This document shows, one piece after another, positions 35,498 to 46,135 of a stretch of DNA of 64,000 nt. The stretch comes from an uncultured Terracidiphilus sp. GTDB lineage: Bacteria; Acidobacteriota; Terriglobia; Terriglobales; Acidobacteriaceae. The stretch spans positions 7,592 through 71,591 of the forward strand of contig CAZQRX010000002.1 in assembly GCA_964595845.1 (NCBI GenBank), read 5' to 3'. The position numbers were made by a program, and so were the translations under genes. Each line of letters starts with the position of its first letter. Within the stretch, counting starts at the first letter, position 1. A model generated the notes under the pieces. It worked only from the letters and a program-made list of their open reading frames with translations, searched no databases and was not told where the DNA came from.

Positions 35498-38227
35498 CTA
35501 CGCCTGCTGCAACACCTTCTTACCGCTCTTCTTCGCGGGCTTCTTGGCAACTGGTTTCGTTGCAGACTTAGCAGCGACTTTCTCCACTACCGGCCCGTGC
35601 GTCTCGGCCGTGGGCAGCGGCGGCGCGTCGCCAATGCGCTTGGAGTAACTGCACGACACGGCGCTCTCTGCCGGCGCGCTTCCCTTCCCCGCGCTCCTGG
35701 CAGCCCGCTTCTTTGGAGTAACTTCTTCGTCGGTGGCCTTCTTCTTGTTAGGACATTCGAAATAGATTCCCGAACGCAGCGTCTTCTCCACCAGATAACT
35801 GCTGCCGCACATCGGGCACTTCTCGGCCACCGGCTTCAAATTCGAGGTAAAGTCGCACTTCGGATAGTTAGTGCAGCCCCAGAAGATATTGCCCCTGCGC
35901 GCCTTGCGCTCGGCCAGATCGCCCACGCCGCACTTAGGACACTTCAAGCCTTCAATCACATTCTGCTTCACGTACTTGCACTTGGGATAGCCGGAGCAGG
36001 AGACAAACTCGCCATAACTCCCCTGGCGCAGCACCAGCGGCTTGCCGCACTGCGGGCAGGCTTCGCCCGTCGGCTGCGGAACGGCCTGCTTCTGCTGTTG
36101 CTTGCTGCTCAACTTACGGAAGGTTTTGCAGGGCGGATCTTCATTGAATCCAGGGCAAGACATAAACATCCCGAAGGGCCCGCGCCTGAGCACCATTACC
36201 CGCCCGCAGTTATCGCAATACTCCTCCTGTTCGCTGGCTTCCTGCCCCTCGGGCGTATTCATTTCCGGCTTGTCCGCCGTATTTTCCTTGGTGAATGTGC
36301 AGCTCGACTTATCCTTCTTGTTATACGCCGAACAAGCAAAGAAGCTGCCGAACTTACCCCATTTCAATAACAGCGGCGAGCCGCATAAGTCGCATATTTC
36401 GTTGGTCTTCTGCTCCATGCGCTTGATGTTGCGCATGTTTTTGCCAGCATCCTTGAGTTCGTCCGCAAAGTAACCGTAGAAGCCGTTCAGTAGGTCGGTC
36501 CACTTCTCGTGACCTTCTTCTATCTCGTCCAGCTCCTCTTCCAGCTTGGCCGTGTACGCCACATCGAAGATGTACGGAAAACTCTCCACCAAAAGGTCGC
36601 AAACTACCATCCCGATCTCGGTGGGATAAAAGCGCCCACTGATCTTGGTTACATATTCGCGGTCCTGGATGGTGTTAATAATTGAGGCATAAGTCGAAGG
36701 CCGCCCGATGCCGCGTTCTTCCAATTCCTTCACCAGCGAAGCTTCGTTGTAGCGCGGAGGCGGCTGCGTGAAAAGCTGGCGGTCCAGCAGCTTTTCCAGC
36801 TCCAGCTTTTTCACATGGTCCAGATTGGGCAGCTTGTTGCTCGCCTCGTCGTCCTCTTCTTCTTTCTTATCCTCCAGAACCTCGTAGACCTTGAGGAATC
36901 CATCGAAGCGCACCACCGACCCGCTCAGGCGGAAATCATAAGTCTTTCCCGTCTTCGCGCTCACCGCGGCGATCTTCGCCGTAGTTATATCAAAGACAGC
37001 CGGAGTCATCTGTGACGCCACAAAGCGCTGCCAGATGAGCCGGTAAAGCTTCAGTTGCTCTTCGGTCAGATAGCGTGCTATCGACTCCGGCGTGCGTGAA
37101 GCATCGGTGGGCCGGATCGCTTCGTGCGCGTCCTGCGCAGCCTTTTTGCCCTTGTAGAGATTGGGCGAGGCGGGCAGGTACTGCGCTCCCAACTGCGCGC
37201 CGATCCACGCCCGCGCCCCATCGATCGCCTCCGGCGCCACGCGCGGCGAGTCCGTTCTCATGTAAGTGATGAGGCCGGTAATGCCCTCGGCGCCCACGTC
37301 GATGCCCTCATAGAGTCGCTGCGCCACGCCCATTGTGCGGCGCACATTGAAGCCCAGCTTGCTGGCCGCGTCGCGCTGCAACTGGCTGGTGATGAAGGGC
37401 GCAAGCGGCCTGCGCTGCTGCTCGCGCGATTGTACCGATACCAGCGACCAGCGCGCCTTGTCGAGCGCCGCGATCACCGCATCCATCGACCTCCGGTCGG
37501 GAAGCGCATTGGCGATGAACTGCTCCTTGCCGTCCTTGTCCTGGCCGTTGGCCACCCGCGCCGGCTCGCCGTCGATGCCAACAAAGCGCGCCTCAAGCCT
37601 GGTCTCCGGCTGCTTCTCAGGATGCAGAATCGCGTCCAACGTCCAGTATTCGACCGGCCCAAAGGCCCCGATCTCGCGTTCCCGCTCGACGATCAACCGC
37701 ACGGCCACCGTCTGCACGCGGCCGGCCGAGAGGCCCCGCCGCACTTTGTCCCACAGCAGCGGCGAAATCTGATAGCCAACCAGGCGGTCCAGAATACGCC
37801 GGGTCTGCTGCGAGTCCACTAGGTTCTGGTCCAGGTCGCGCGCGTGCTGGAAGGCCTCCTGCACGGCCTTCTTGGTGATCTCGTTGAAGGTCACGCGGCG
37901 AATCTTCTTCTGCTCTTTGGCGGAGGTCCCCAACTGCAGAGCGAGGTGGTAGGCAATCGCCTCGCCCTCGCGGTCCGGGTCAGGCGCCAGAAAGATCGCG
38001 TCCGCCCTGGCCGCCGCCCGCTTCAATTGCGCCACCACCTTTTCCTTGCCCGGCGACACGATTAACGTCGGCTCAAAGGTCCGCTTCTCCAGCTCCACGC
38101 CAAGATCGTTCTTTGGCAGGTCCATGATGTGACCCACCGAGGCCAGAACCTCAAAGCCCGCGCCAAGATATTTCTCAATCGTCTTAGCCTTGGCGGGCGA
38201 CTCGACGATGACCAGTGATTTGCTCAT
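35498..38227 (-). CDS. topA: DNA topoisomerase I
   Basis: LVIVESPAKAKTI, DPDREGEAI, SAGRVQ, ITYMRTDS, GIGRPSTY, C-terminal zinc ribbons. Start ATG38227. Confidence 0.97.
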   Translation of the reverse strand: MSKSLVIVESPAKAKTIEKYLGAGFEVLASVGHIMDLPKNDLGVELEKRTFEPTLIVSPGKEKVVAQLKRAAARADAIFLAPDPDREGEAIAYHLALQLGTSAKEQKKIRRVTFNEITKKAVQEAFQHARDLDQNLVDSQQTRRILDRLVGYQISPLLWDKVRRGLSAGRVQTVAVRLIVEREREIGAFGPVEYWTLDAILHPEKQPETRLEARFVGIDGEPARVANGQDKDGKEQFIANALPDRRSMDAVIAALDKARWSLVSVQSREQQRRPLAPFITSQLQRDAASKLGFNVRRTMGVAQRLYEGIDVGAEGITGLITYMRTDSPRVAPEAIDGARAWIGAQLGAQYLPASPNLYKGKKAAQDAHEAIRPTDASRTPESIARYLTEEQLKLYRLIWQRFVASQMTPAVFDITTAKIAAVSAKTGKTYDFRLSGSVVRFDGFLKVYEVLEDKKEEEDDEASNKLPNLDHVKKLELEKLLDRQLFTQPPPRYNEASLVKELEERGIGRPSTYASIINTIQDREYVTKISGRFYPTEIGMVVCDLLVESFPYIFDVAYTAKLEEELDEIEEGHEKWTDLLNGFYGYFADELKDAGKNMRNIKRMEQKTNEICDLCGSPLLLKWGKFGSFFACSAYNKKDKSSCTFTKENTADKPEMNTPEGQEASEQEEYCDNCGRVMVLRRGPFGMFMSCPGFNEDPPCKTFRKLSSKQQQKQAVPQPTGEACPQCGKPLVLRQGSYGEFVSCSGYPKCKYVKQNVIEGLKCPKCGVGDLAERKARRGNIFWGCTNYPKCDFTSNLKPVAEKCPMCGSSYLVEKTLRSGIYFECPNKKKATDEEVTPKKRAARSAGKGSAPAESAVSCSYSKRIGDAPPLPTAETHGPVVEKVAAKSATKPVAKKPAKKSGKKVLQQA

Positions 38228-38701
38228 TACCATCCTTGTATACCATGACCACTCTAACCTGTCTGGCCAGTTGGACTCGAAAACGGGGCCTTGCGCTTTC
38301 CCTGGACCGTGCAAATTCCGCCCGCGCGCCGCGCCGTTCTCCCTCTACGGGAAACATTACCCGCAAAAGTTGCACACTACCACAGAAGACCATTTGGTTT
38401 CCACTCGGAGCGGTTTTTTCCGCGAGTCCACGGTTAGCGCGAAATAATATTGGAAAAATAGAATAATGCTGTGGCAATGAATCGGCTTTGGGCTGTGAGT
38501 TCCGAACAATCTGGGAAAATACTTCGAAAAACGTTAGGGTCTGGTGTGGAAAGGCTGTAAACAGGGATAACCGGGATTAGACCGTCTGCGCCAGGACAAC
38601 CAGCGCCGGGACGGACGGCCCCGATGTGGGACACACGGCGGGGCAGGGGAGGAGAGGCGACTTTACCTCACGTATGCCGATCAAGGAATGGCTAGCGGAA
38701 T

Positions 38702-39559
38702 CTACGCGCTGCGGCCGATCCTCCGCCGCGTAACACCGGCCAGCCCCAGCAAACCGCTGCCAAGAAGCAGTAATGTGCCCGGCTCCGGGGTTACCCCGGA
38801 GATTATCGTACCGTTCAGCGCTATGGGATTCATGTAACCGACCGTGTGGTTGTCAGATTCAAATCCAGCCCCATCGCCGCCAGCGGAGCCCTCACTAAAG
38901 ACGATAGAGGTAATGTCGCCGCCAAAGTCGTAGAAGTTCAGGAAAGCATATTGTTGATCACCATCATACCCCTGCCAAATGCCGCTCGGGTTGCCACAAA
39001 ATCCACCGGCTGTTGAGCAAGAGCCAACGAGGGAGATGAATTGCGCCGGGCCGAAGGTATATTCGAGCGTGCTGCCATCGTAAAACTGGAGTTGGTTGCC
39101 GAGGTCAAGCGCCGAGAACCAAAGCCCGAAGTAGTTGACGCCAGGAACATTGCCGGATGTGGTCAGTGTAAGTGAGTAGCTGCCAGGCCCAGTCGAAGTG
39201 CTGTATGATACGTCCGCAAAGTAATCGGTGCCGCCGGCACCGCCATATTGGTTGGCGGCGTTGACGACAAGACCAGAGGAGTAGGTTCCGTTGATTCCCC
39301 CTGTCAGGCCGCCTTCCGAATAGTACGTCGGGAAAGCCGAACCGGCTATCGGCGCAGAGGAAGTAAGGAAAGCCTGTTGTCCGATCCAGCATTGGGCATT
39401 AATTTGACTAGAGCACATAGTTGCCGTATCGGGCGTCAGGACACCCGCCGCGTCATACGTAACCACAAAGCTGTCAGCGTACAGCGCGGAAGCCGCAACG
39501 CCGCCGACCAACACCATCAGTGCAGCTCTCGCCCAACTCCTCAATCCATGCAATCTCAT
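38702..39559 (-). CDS. PEP-CTERM exosortase-dependent surface protein (Npun_F0296-like)
   Basis: Signal peptide; NYFGLWFSALD.GN and FESDNH; C-terminal TPEPGTLLLLGSGLLGLAGVTRRR. Confidence 0.85.
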   Translation of the reverse strand: MRLHGLRSWARAALMVLVGGVAASALYADSFVVTYDAAGVLTPDTATMCSSQINAQCWIGQQAFLTSSAPIAGSAFPTYYSEGGLTGGINGTYSSGLVVNAANQYGGAGGTDYFADVSYSTSTGPGSYSLTLTTSGNVPGVNYFGLWFSALDLGNQLQFYDGSTLEYTFGPAQFISLVGSCSTAGGFCGNPSGIWQGYDGDQQYAFLNFYDFGGDITSIVFSEGSAGGDGAGFESDNHTVGYMNPIALNGTIISGVTPEPGTLLLLGSGLLGLAGVTRRRIGRSA

Positions 39560-39730
39560 CCGAAGTACTCACTTTCCCAGTAATCTCCATGGGGGAGGGC
39601 ATGGACATTCCCTAGTATAAGCGTAATCTCAACTACCAGGACCAGCTAGCTGGACTTAATTGGTAACACTTCGCCCGGTACCTCCGGGGCTCGACTGTGA
39701 ATTCCGGTAATCCACAAGCCTCATTCCAGC

Positions 39731-40912
39731 TTACATCGTCCGCACATAATTCTTCCCCGGCAACTGGCGGATGCGGCCAGTAATCTCCAGCTCGAAGAGC
39801 GCCATAAACACCTCGGAAGAGGTCAGTTGCGTCTCCAGCAATTCCAGAATCTCGTCGATTTGCAGGCTGTCGTCGGTGCGCAGAACCTCCAGCACCATCG
39901 CCTCCTCGGGCCGCAGAACCGGGTCAGGCAATAGAGATGCGGTGGTGGCTGATTTGGATTCAAGTGGCGCTTCGGCCTCCAGTTCCAGCCGCACCTGAGA
40001 AGGCAGATCCTCCCACACGTCTTCCCAGGTGGCCACCAGCTTGGCGCCCTGCTTGATCAGCGTGTTGGGCGTCCACGAGCCCTTGCTGGTCACGTTGCCG
40101 GGCACGGCGTATAGGTCGCGGTTCTGCTCGGCGGCGCAGCGCGCGGTCACCCGCGTCCCCGAGTTCTCCGCCGCCTCCACCACCAGCACGGCCACGGCAA
40201 GCCCGCTCAGGATACGGTTGCGGCGGGGAAAGTTTTGCGGCGCGGGAAAGGTCCCCATCGGCAACTCGCTGATGATCGCCCCGCCGGTCGAGAGAATCTC
40301 CTCGGCCAGCTTCTTGTTTTCTTTGGGATAAATGACGTCGATGCCCGTGCCCCAGACGGCCACGGTGGGCATGCGCGCGGCCAGCGCCCCCTTGTGCGCG
40401 CTGGAGTCGATGCCCCGCGCCATGCCGCTGATAATCAACAGCCGCCGCACCGCCAGGTCCCGCGCCAGCATCTCCGTCATCCCCGTGCCGTACGGCGACG
40501 GGTGGCGCGTGCCCACGATGGCAATCCCCGGCCGGCTGAGCAGAGCAGCCGCTCCGCGCACCCACAGCACCGGCGGCGGGTCGTAGATCTCCTTGAGCCG
40601 CTCCGGATACTCCGGGCAGCTGTAGGTCACCAGCGTCGCCCCCTGCGCCGCAACGCGCGCCCACTCCTCCTCGGCCGCCTGGCGCGCCTTGCCGTCGAAG
40701 ATGAACTGCGCCGCCTCCGCAGGGAAGCGCAAGCCTTCGAGGGCGGTCAAGGGCAGCTCTAAGATCTGGCTCGGCGACTTCAACTGATTTACTGCATCGA
40801 TAATCCGCTTGGGGCCCAGACCCGGCGCCAACACCAGAGCCAGCCACGCCAGCCGGTCTTCATCCAACTGAGGCGCGGAGGGCAGATTCACGATTTGGGG
40901 CATCGTCGTCAT
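39731..40912 (-). CDS. dprA: DNA-processing protein DprA
   Basis: YPERLKEIYDPPPVL, AIVGTR, SGMARGID, NFPRRNRILSG, NTLIKQGA. Confidence 0.96.
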   Translation of the reverse strand: MTTMPQIVNLPSAPQLDEDRLAWLALVLAPGLGPKRIIDAVNQLKSPSQILELPLTALEGLRFPAEAAQFIFDGKARQAAEEEWARVAAQGATLVTYSCPEYPERLKEIYDPPPVLWVRGAAALLSRPGIAIVGTRHPSPYGTGMTEMLARDLAVRRLLIISGMARGIDSSAHKGALAARMPTVAVWGTGIDVIYPKENKKLAEEILSTGGAIISELPMGTFPAPQNFPRRNRILSGLAVAVLVVEAAENSGTRVTARCAAEQNRDLYAVPGNVTSKGSWTPNTLIKQGAKLVATWEDVWEDLPSQVRLELEAEAPLESKSATTASLLPDPVLRPEEAMVLEVLRTDDSLQIDEILELLETQLTSSEVFMALFELEITGRIRQLPGKNYVRTM

Positions 40913-41090
40913 GGGAAAGCCACTGTCGGAGAATTGTACAGATTAATTTCCCCGCAAGAAACCAAATCCTGCACAGATGGGAAATTATATGCACATTATT
41001 CCATTTGATCAGAGGAAGTGAAGCCGGAAGTATTAGCTTTGCGGATGCGCCCCGTCATCCTTCGCTTCAGGGTTGGTACTCTAAGAGGCA

Positions 41091-41948
41091 GTGACTCTCA
41101 CCCCGCAATCCCGTCTGCGCGTCGCCGCCATCGGCTTTCTCAATCCCGCGCCGCTGATGTGGGACTTCGAGCATCCGCCGCTGGAGGCCGCGCTCGCCCT
41201 CCGCTACCAGATTGACCGCATGACGCCCGCGGAATGCGCCGGCCGCCTCGGCACGGGAGCGGCCGAGATCGGCCTCATCCCCATCGCCGCGCTGGCCACC
41301 ACGCCCGGTCTGCGTATCCTGCCTGGCTGCGTGATCGCCGCCAAGGGACGCGTGCGCTCGCTGCTGCTGGTTCGCCGCGCCAGCCGGCAACTCCATGAGC
41401 TGCGTTCTGTCGCCGCCGATATCGCCAGCCTGACCACGCTGGCCCACGCACGCATCCTCTTCCGCCATTGGGGCAACCCCGACGTGCCCTTCCTGGCCGC
41501 GCCCGCCGACCTGGACGCCATGCTGGAGCGGGCCGACGCCGCCATCCTCATCGGAGATCCCGCGCTGCTCGCCCTGGAAGAGCGCGCCAACCGCTTTGAA
41601 CGCAGCGGCGAAGAGTTGGTCTACCAAGACATGGCCGAGGAGTGGCACACACTCACCGGCCTGCCCTTCGTCTCCGCCGTCTGGGGCATTGCATGCAGCA
41701 GCCCTTTGGTTGAATGTATTGCGGAGGATTTTGTTCAATCCCGCGACCACGGCCTGGAGAATATCGACGCGCTGGCCGCCGAGTGGTCCCGCCGAATTCC
41801 CCTCCCCGAAGAGACGATCCGGACTTACCTGACCATGAATATTCACTACGTCCTCGACGAAGAATGTGTGGAAGGCATGAAGGTCTTCTTCCGCATGGCC
41901 GCGGAGGCCGGCATTCTGCCGGAGTATAGCGTCTCCATCGGCGGTTAG
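41091..41948 (+). CDS. mqnA: Chorismate dehydratase (futalosine menaquinone pathway)
   Basis: IGFLNPAPL, GRVRSLLL, AAILIGDPAL, DMAEEWHTLTGLPFVSAVW. Confidence 0.85.
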   Translation: MTLTPQSRLRVAAIGFLNPAPLMWDFEHPPLEAALALRYQIDRMTPAECAGRLGTGAAEIGLIPIAALATTPGLRILPGCVIAAKGRVRSLLLVRRASRQLHELRSVAADIASLTTLAHARILFRHWGNPDVPFLAAPADLDAMLERADAAILIGDPALLALEERANRFERSGEELVYQDMAEEWHTLTGLPFVSAVWGIACSSPLVECIAEDFVQSRDHGLENIDALAAEWSRRIPLPEETIRTYLTMNIHYVLDEECVEGMKVFFRMAAEAGILPEYSVSIGG

Positions 41949-42070
41949 CGGAGATAGCAAAAGACAATGGAGCTAGCAGAGTTAGCAAAACTTTAAGCAA
42001 GTCTGCCATTAGGCTGTCCAGCAATGACTTAGGAAAACTCCGCACCAACCTATACCGCGACTCAGCGTTG

Positions 42071-42136
42071 CCTCAGGTGCTGAAGCCCGCGCTTATTTTG
42101 CTGTATTTGCGGCACGACTCAACAGGCTGCGGAAAA
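42071..42136 (+). repeat. Degenerate REP-like element (GCT(A/G)AAGCCC type)
   Basis: cctcaggtgctgaagccc...gcggcacgactcaacaggctgcggaaaa; resembles the ggggctaaagcccc element at 46981. Confidence 0.4.
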
Positions 42137-42306
42137 CGGCAATTTTTCAGAAAATCTGATCTTGCAATTTGCGCTAACGGATGTACAATTGCCGGGAATC
42201 TGTTGTTTAAATGGAATTCCGACTCAAATCTTCAGAAACTGTGAGCGTTTGTTGTGAGGGTTCCGCAGAGTATGCAGTTCTCGACCAAAGTTGAGGTAAA
42301 TGCAAA

Positions 42307-43446
42307 ATGATGACGATTTCCCATCCGCTGGATTCGACAGAATTTGCATGCGGGAACCTTGGCCGCCGAGCTTCCGGCACATTTGATGCACAGCAAAGCA
42401 AGTGCTTTCATGGGGGCCGTTCGATCCTCGTTCGCGTAGCCCAACTCATCCTGCTCCTGGCGGTGCTGTTCGGTTCGGGCTGCGGCGGATCTTCCCCGTC
42501 TCCCGCCTCTTCTTCGTACGCCGACCAGTTCGATTTCCTGTGGCAGACCTTCGATGCAAAATACTCATACTTCGTCTACAAGAACATCGATTGGCAGGGT
42601 CTGAGCGACACTTATCGCCCCCAGGCCGTTCAGGCCACCTCCCAGGATCAGTTTACGCAAGTCCTCGTGCAGATGCTGTCAAACCTTCACGACCTTCATG
42701 TGCACCTCATCGACCCCAGTGGCAATTACATCGCCACCTTCACGGATACGGATTTTGTGAATTTCAACTCGGTCGTGTGGCAGCAGTATCTCCAGGCGCA
42801 AGGCACGAGCATCAGCCAACCCGATTCCTGGGTGCTGAATGGCTATCTGGGTGGCGTGCCATACATCGCCGTTGAGTCCTGGGCTCCTTCAACGAGTTCG
42901 GAGGCGGCGGACCTGGACGCCGTCCTGGAGCCGTTCCAGAATGCCAAAGGGATCATCATCGACGTGCGGATGAATGGCGGAGGAGACAGCACGACAGCCG
43001 GGGAATTTGCGGGCCGGTTTGCCGATAAGACGCGAACGGCCGGGTTCATTCAGTTCCGCAATGGGCCTGCGCACAATGACTTCGGTCCGTTGCAGACCCG
43101 GCAGGTTGTTCCCCGTGGCCCGTGGCAGTACACGGGGCCGGTCCTCATGCTGATCGGCCGCGGCTGCTTCAGCTCCAATGAGGACTTCATTACTCAGATG
43201 CGCGAGTTGCCCAACGTGACGGTCGTGGGAGATACATCCGGAGGGCACTCGGGTGATCCCGCGTCATTCAATCTCTCAAACGGATGGCAGTTTACCGTAT
43301 CCACCTGGATCGATTACACCGCCGAGATGCAGATTATCGAAGACAAGGGAATCGATCCTGCTATATTCGTTCCCACCACAGCGGCTGATTTTCAGGCAGG
43401 AAAGGATCCGGTGCTGGATTACGCCCTGAGCCACATCCCCCATTAA
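42307..43446 (+). CDS. S41-family (tail-specific protease-like) peptidase, probable lipoprotein
   Basis: Lipobox-like LFGSGC, LHDLHV, IIIDVRMNGGG, CFSSNEDF, VVGDTSGG, IEDKGIDP. Start uncertain. Confidence 0.85.
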   Translation: MMTISHPLDSTEFACGNLGRRASGTFDAQQSKCFHGGRSILVRVAQLILLLAVLFGSGCGGSSPSPASSSYADQFDFLWQTFDAKYSYFVYKNIDWQGLSDTYRPQAVQATSQDQFTQVLVQMLSNLHDLHVHLIDPSGNYIATFTDTDFVNFNSVVWQQYLQAQGTSISQPDSWVLNGYLGGVPYIAVESWAPSTSSEAADLDAVLEPFQNAKGIIIDVRMNGGGDSTTAGEFAGRFADKTRTAGFIQFRNGPAHNDFGPLQTRQVVPRGPWQYTGPVLMLIGRGCFSSNEDFITQMRELPNVTVVGDTSGGHSGDPASFNLSNGWQFTVSTWIDYTAEMQIIEDKGIDPAIFVPTTAADFQAGKDPVLDYALSHIPH

Positions 43447-43674
43447 CGGTGCGTTCCCGTACGGGAGAAGAGGTCCACTCCAGGCCGAGGTATTAAGGGG
43501 CTTGGGCAGGCTTTTGTAGACCTGGTTCCTATGCCGGACTGTTGTGTGTCTGCATCTTCGCCCCTCACAGCTTGAGAAATGGTCGGGTTGCCGATGTTCG
43601 GTGCGGCTCGTGCCTCGGCTTACACGCCCCAAATGCTAGGTCGGAACATTGCTGGCCATCACGGCAATTCCCGC

Positions 43675-44691
43675 TTATATCTCCCACCTTAGCAGCACGG
43701 CGCCCACCGTGAAGCCCGCGCCCACGGTGGCCATCAGCACCAGGTCGCCCTTCTTCAACTTGCCTTCCTCCACGGCCGTCTCTATCGCCAGCGGAATCGT
43801 CCCGTCTGAGGTGTTGCCGTACTTCTCGATGTTAATGATCACCCGATCGCGAGCCATGCCCAGGCGGTCGGAGGTCGCCGTGATGATGCGCAGATTGGCC
43901 TGGTGAGGAATGAAGCAGCCCAGATCCGCGCCGGTGACGCCATTGCGCGCCAGAACCTTGGTGGTAACCTCAAGCATCTTGCGCACGGCAAACTTGTACA
44001 CCGCCTGGCCGTCCTGGTAGATGTAGTGCATCTTCTTGTCCACGGTCTCGTGGCTGGCCGGATTCAGGCTGCCTCCGCCCTTCAGGTTCAACACATCCGC
44101 GCCTGAACCGTCGATCTCATACACATAATCGATGAAGCCGATCTCGCCCTCTGCGCATGGTTCGAGGAGAACACATCCGCCGCCGTCGCCAAAGAGCACG
44201 CAGGTCGCCCGATCGGTGTAGTCGGTCATACGGGTGTTGGCGTCGGCGCCGCAGACCAGAACCTTCTTGTGCGCGCCGCTCTCGATCATCTTCACGCCAG
44301 CCTGCAAGGCGAAGACAAACCCAGGGCAGCCGGCGGAAACGTCGAAGCCCCACGCGCCCTTGGCCCCGATCTTGTCCTGCACCAGACAGGCCGTCGCCGG
44401 GAACATCATGTCGGGCGTAACCGTGGCGACGATGATCATCTCGATCTCTGTGGCCGGAATGCCGCGCATCGCCAGGCACTTTTTGGCCGCCTCGGTGCAG
44501 ATGTCGCTCACGCCCAGCCCCTTGGCCAGCACGTGCCGCTCGCGGATTCCGGTGCGCTCCAGAATCCACTGGTCGCTGGTATCCACCATCTTTTCGAAGT
44601 CTTTGTTGGTCAGTATTTGCGGGGGGACGTAGGTTCCAAAGGCCGTAATCTTGGCGCGGCAGCCCACGATGGGACTAACACTCAGGGTCAA
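43675..44691 (-). CDS. fabH: 3-oxoacyl-ACP synthase III
   Basis: [17 protein letters not shown], catalytic C in SAGCPGF, FGDGGG, PHQAN, YGNTS. TTG start with AAGGAG RBS. Confidence 0.93.
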   Translation of the reverse strand: MTLSVSPIVGCRAKITAFGTYVPPQILTNKDFEKMVDTSDQWILERTGIRERHVLAKGLGVSDICTEAAKKCLAMRGIPATEIEMIIVATVTPDMMFPATACLVQDKIGAKGAWGFDVSAGCPGFVFALQAGVKMIESGAHKKVLVCGADANTRMTDYTDRATCVLFGDGGGCVLLEPCAEGEIGFIDYVYEIDGSGADVLNLKGGGSLNPASHETVDKKMHYIYQDGQAVYKFAVRKMLEVTTKVLARNGVTGADLGCFIPHQANLRIITATSDRLGMARDRVIINIEKYGNTSDGTIPLAIETAVEEGKLKKGDLVLMATVGAGFTVGAVLLRWEI

Positions 44692-44719
44692 TGAAATTCT
44701 CCTTGCGGCTCTCTACGAT

Positions 44720-44769
44720 TGTCATCCTGAGCGGAGCGAAGCGAAGTCGAAGGACCTGCGGTTGCTTTT
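44720..44769 (+). repeat. REP-like element of the TGTC/CGTC type
   Basis: tgtcatcctgagcggagcgaagcgaagtcgaaggacctgcggttgctttt; single copy in the window. Confidence 0.55.
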
Positions 44770-44802
44770 CCGCTTCATGTTCAATCGAATCAGGCCAAAA
44801 AA

Positions 44803-44899
44803 GCGCCGGGTGACCTACTGCGCCCGTACTAGCCCGTTACCGTTGCTTCCTTCCGGACCTGGCGGGGTTGGCGGGATTACGTCGCGTAGGACCCGGCAC
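44803..44899 (-). ncRNA. ffs: Small SRP RNA (4.5S)
   Basis: Minus strand CCAGGTCCGGAAGGAAGCAACGG domain IV; terminal stem GCCGGGT/ACCCGGC; followed by a T-tract; extended -10 TGCTAAAAT at 44906-44914. Confidence 0.95.
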
Positions 44900-45071
44900 T
44901 TGTCGATTTTAGCACCCCGCGGCGAGTCGCCGGTTTCCATGGACGCTGACCGCCCAAACGTCACGCCGTACAAGAGTCAAGCACATCTTTTGAGACTGCC
45001 GGGCGCTGATCCTTGCGGGATTTTCGTTGCAAGGCGGGATAGTCTTGTTACGCGACCTTCCCATTCCCGCT

Positions 45072-46007
45072 TCATCGCAAATCAATCAGCCGGATAGTTT
45101 CCAGGAACACATCCCCGTCGATCTTCAGGCTGTGGGCGCTGATCTTGTCCATCGTGTCCTTGTCGGTATGGTGATAGCTGTCGTGGGGGCCGTAGTCGAT
45201 GTCGATGATGTCGATGGATGGCACGCCGCGCTGGACGAAGGGAATATGGTCATCCTGGATATCCTCGTCCATCTTGAAGAAGTACTTCTCGTAGCTGAAC
45301 TTCTTTGCCGCCTGCCGCACCAGCGCGACCAGCCAGTCGGTGGAGTTGGTGTCGTGCTGAATGTCCAGATCTTTGTCGCCGATCATATCGGCCACGATGA
45401 AGGCCTTGATATGCCCCAGCGTTCCATCGCGCGCCCATTTGGCGGCCAGATGCTTGGTGCCGTAAGTCGAATCGGAGTCTGTCCAGACCTGAAACGCCTC
45501 TTCGCCATCGTCGAAGAGCAGCCAGACCGAGTAGCCGTCCAGCTTCTTGCCGCCCGCTGTCTGGGCGCGCAACTGGTCGGCGATGGCCATCAGCAGGCCG
45601 GTCGTCGAGCCGCCGTCGTTGGCGCCGACGTAGTTGATGTTCCTGAGCGGGTAGTTGGTCTCGTAGTGCGTGGCCAGCACAATCACGCCGTCTTTCTTGC
45701 CGGCGAAGCGCACGATGAAGTTGCGCATGGGGACCGGGCCGATGGGCGTGTTCGCTGTAAAGGCATCCTCTTCGAGCGCATCATGTTTGAAGTGCTCGCG
45801 CAAAAACTCCTCGGCCTTCAAGTGGCCCTGGCTGGTGGGCCAGCGCGGCCCGATGGCGACGAACTGGCGGGCGTACTCCAGCGCTCTGGCGCCGTTGAAG
45901 TGGGTCTGGGCGGGGGCGGCGAGAGGTGCGAGGAGGAACAGAGTGAGAACAAATCCAATCCGGGGGTGTCGAATCCCGGGTCCCCAAAAGCGAGGGACCT
46001 GGGGCAC
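45072..46007 (-). CDS. M28-family peptidase / glutaminyl cyclase-like exported protein
   Basis: LATHYET, GANDGGS, FDDGEEA, ADMIGD, DDHIPF, YHHTDKD. Probable GTG46007 start before the signal peptide. Confidence 0.85.
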   Translation of the reverse strand: MPQVPRFWGPGIRHPRIGFVLTLFLLAPLAAPAQTHFNGARALEYARQFVAIGPRWPTSQGHLKAEEFLREHFKHDALEEDAFTANTPIGPVPMRNFIVRFAGKKDGVIVLATHYETNYPLRNINYVGANDGGSTTGLLMAIADQLRAQTAGGKKLDGYSVWLLFDDGEEAFQVWTDSDSTYGTKHLAAKWARDGTLGHIKAFIVADMIGDKDLDIQHDTNSTDWLVALVRQAAKKFSYEKYFFKMDEDIQDDHIPFVQRGVPSIDIIDIDYGPHDSYHHTDKDTMDKISAHSLKIDGDVFLETIRLIDLR

Positions 46008-46102
46008 CTGTAACTTTATACTCCCAATAAAGAATGCCCGTTGAGGTTCGTGGTTTCCCACCCTAGCCGCAAAAACTAAAATGCGGCGAGGGTGGGGCAC
46101 CC
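45974..46102 (-). repeat. Two GGTGCCCCA-family REP-like palindromes (45974-46008 and 46056-46102)
   Basis: ggtgccccaggtccctcgcttttggggacccggga and gggtgccccaccctcgccgca...tgcggctagggtggga. Confidence 0.75.
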
Positions 46103-46135
46103 GTGACTTTATGCTCTTCCAAAACGAGAAAACGC

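Noticed and set aside
42121-42140. CAGGCTGCGGAAAA as an IS terminal inverted repeat
   Set aside because: No partner repeat or transposase found; kept only as part of a degenerate REP-like element.
42408-42420. G5 tract after an out-of-frame ATG near the S41 peptidase signal peptide, as a phase-variation site
   Set aside because: The tract is short and the ORF is already open from ATG42307, which has a plausible RBS.
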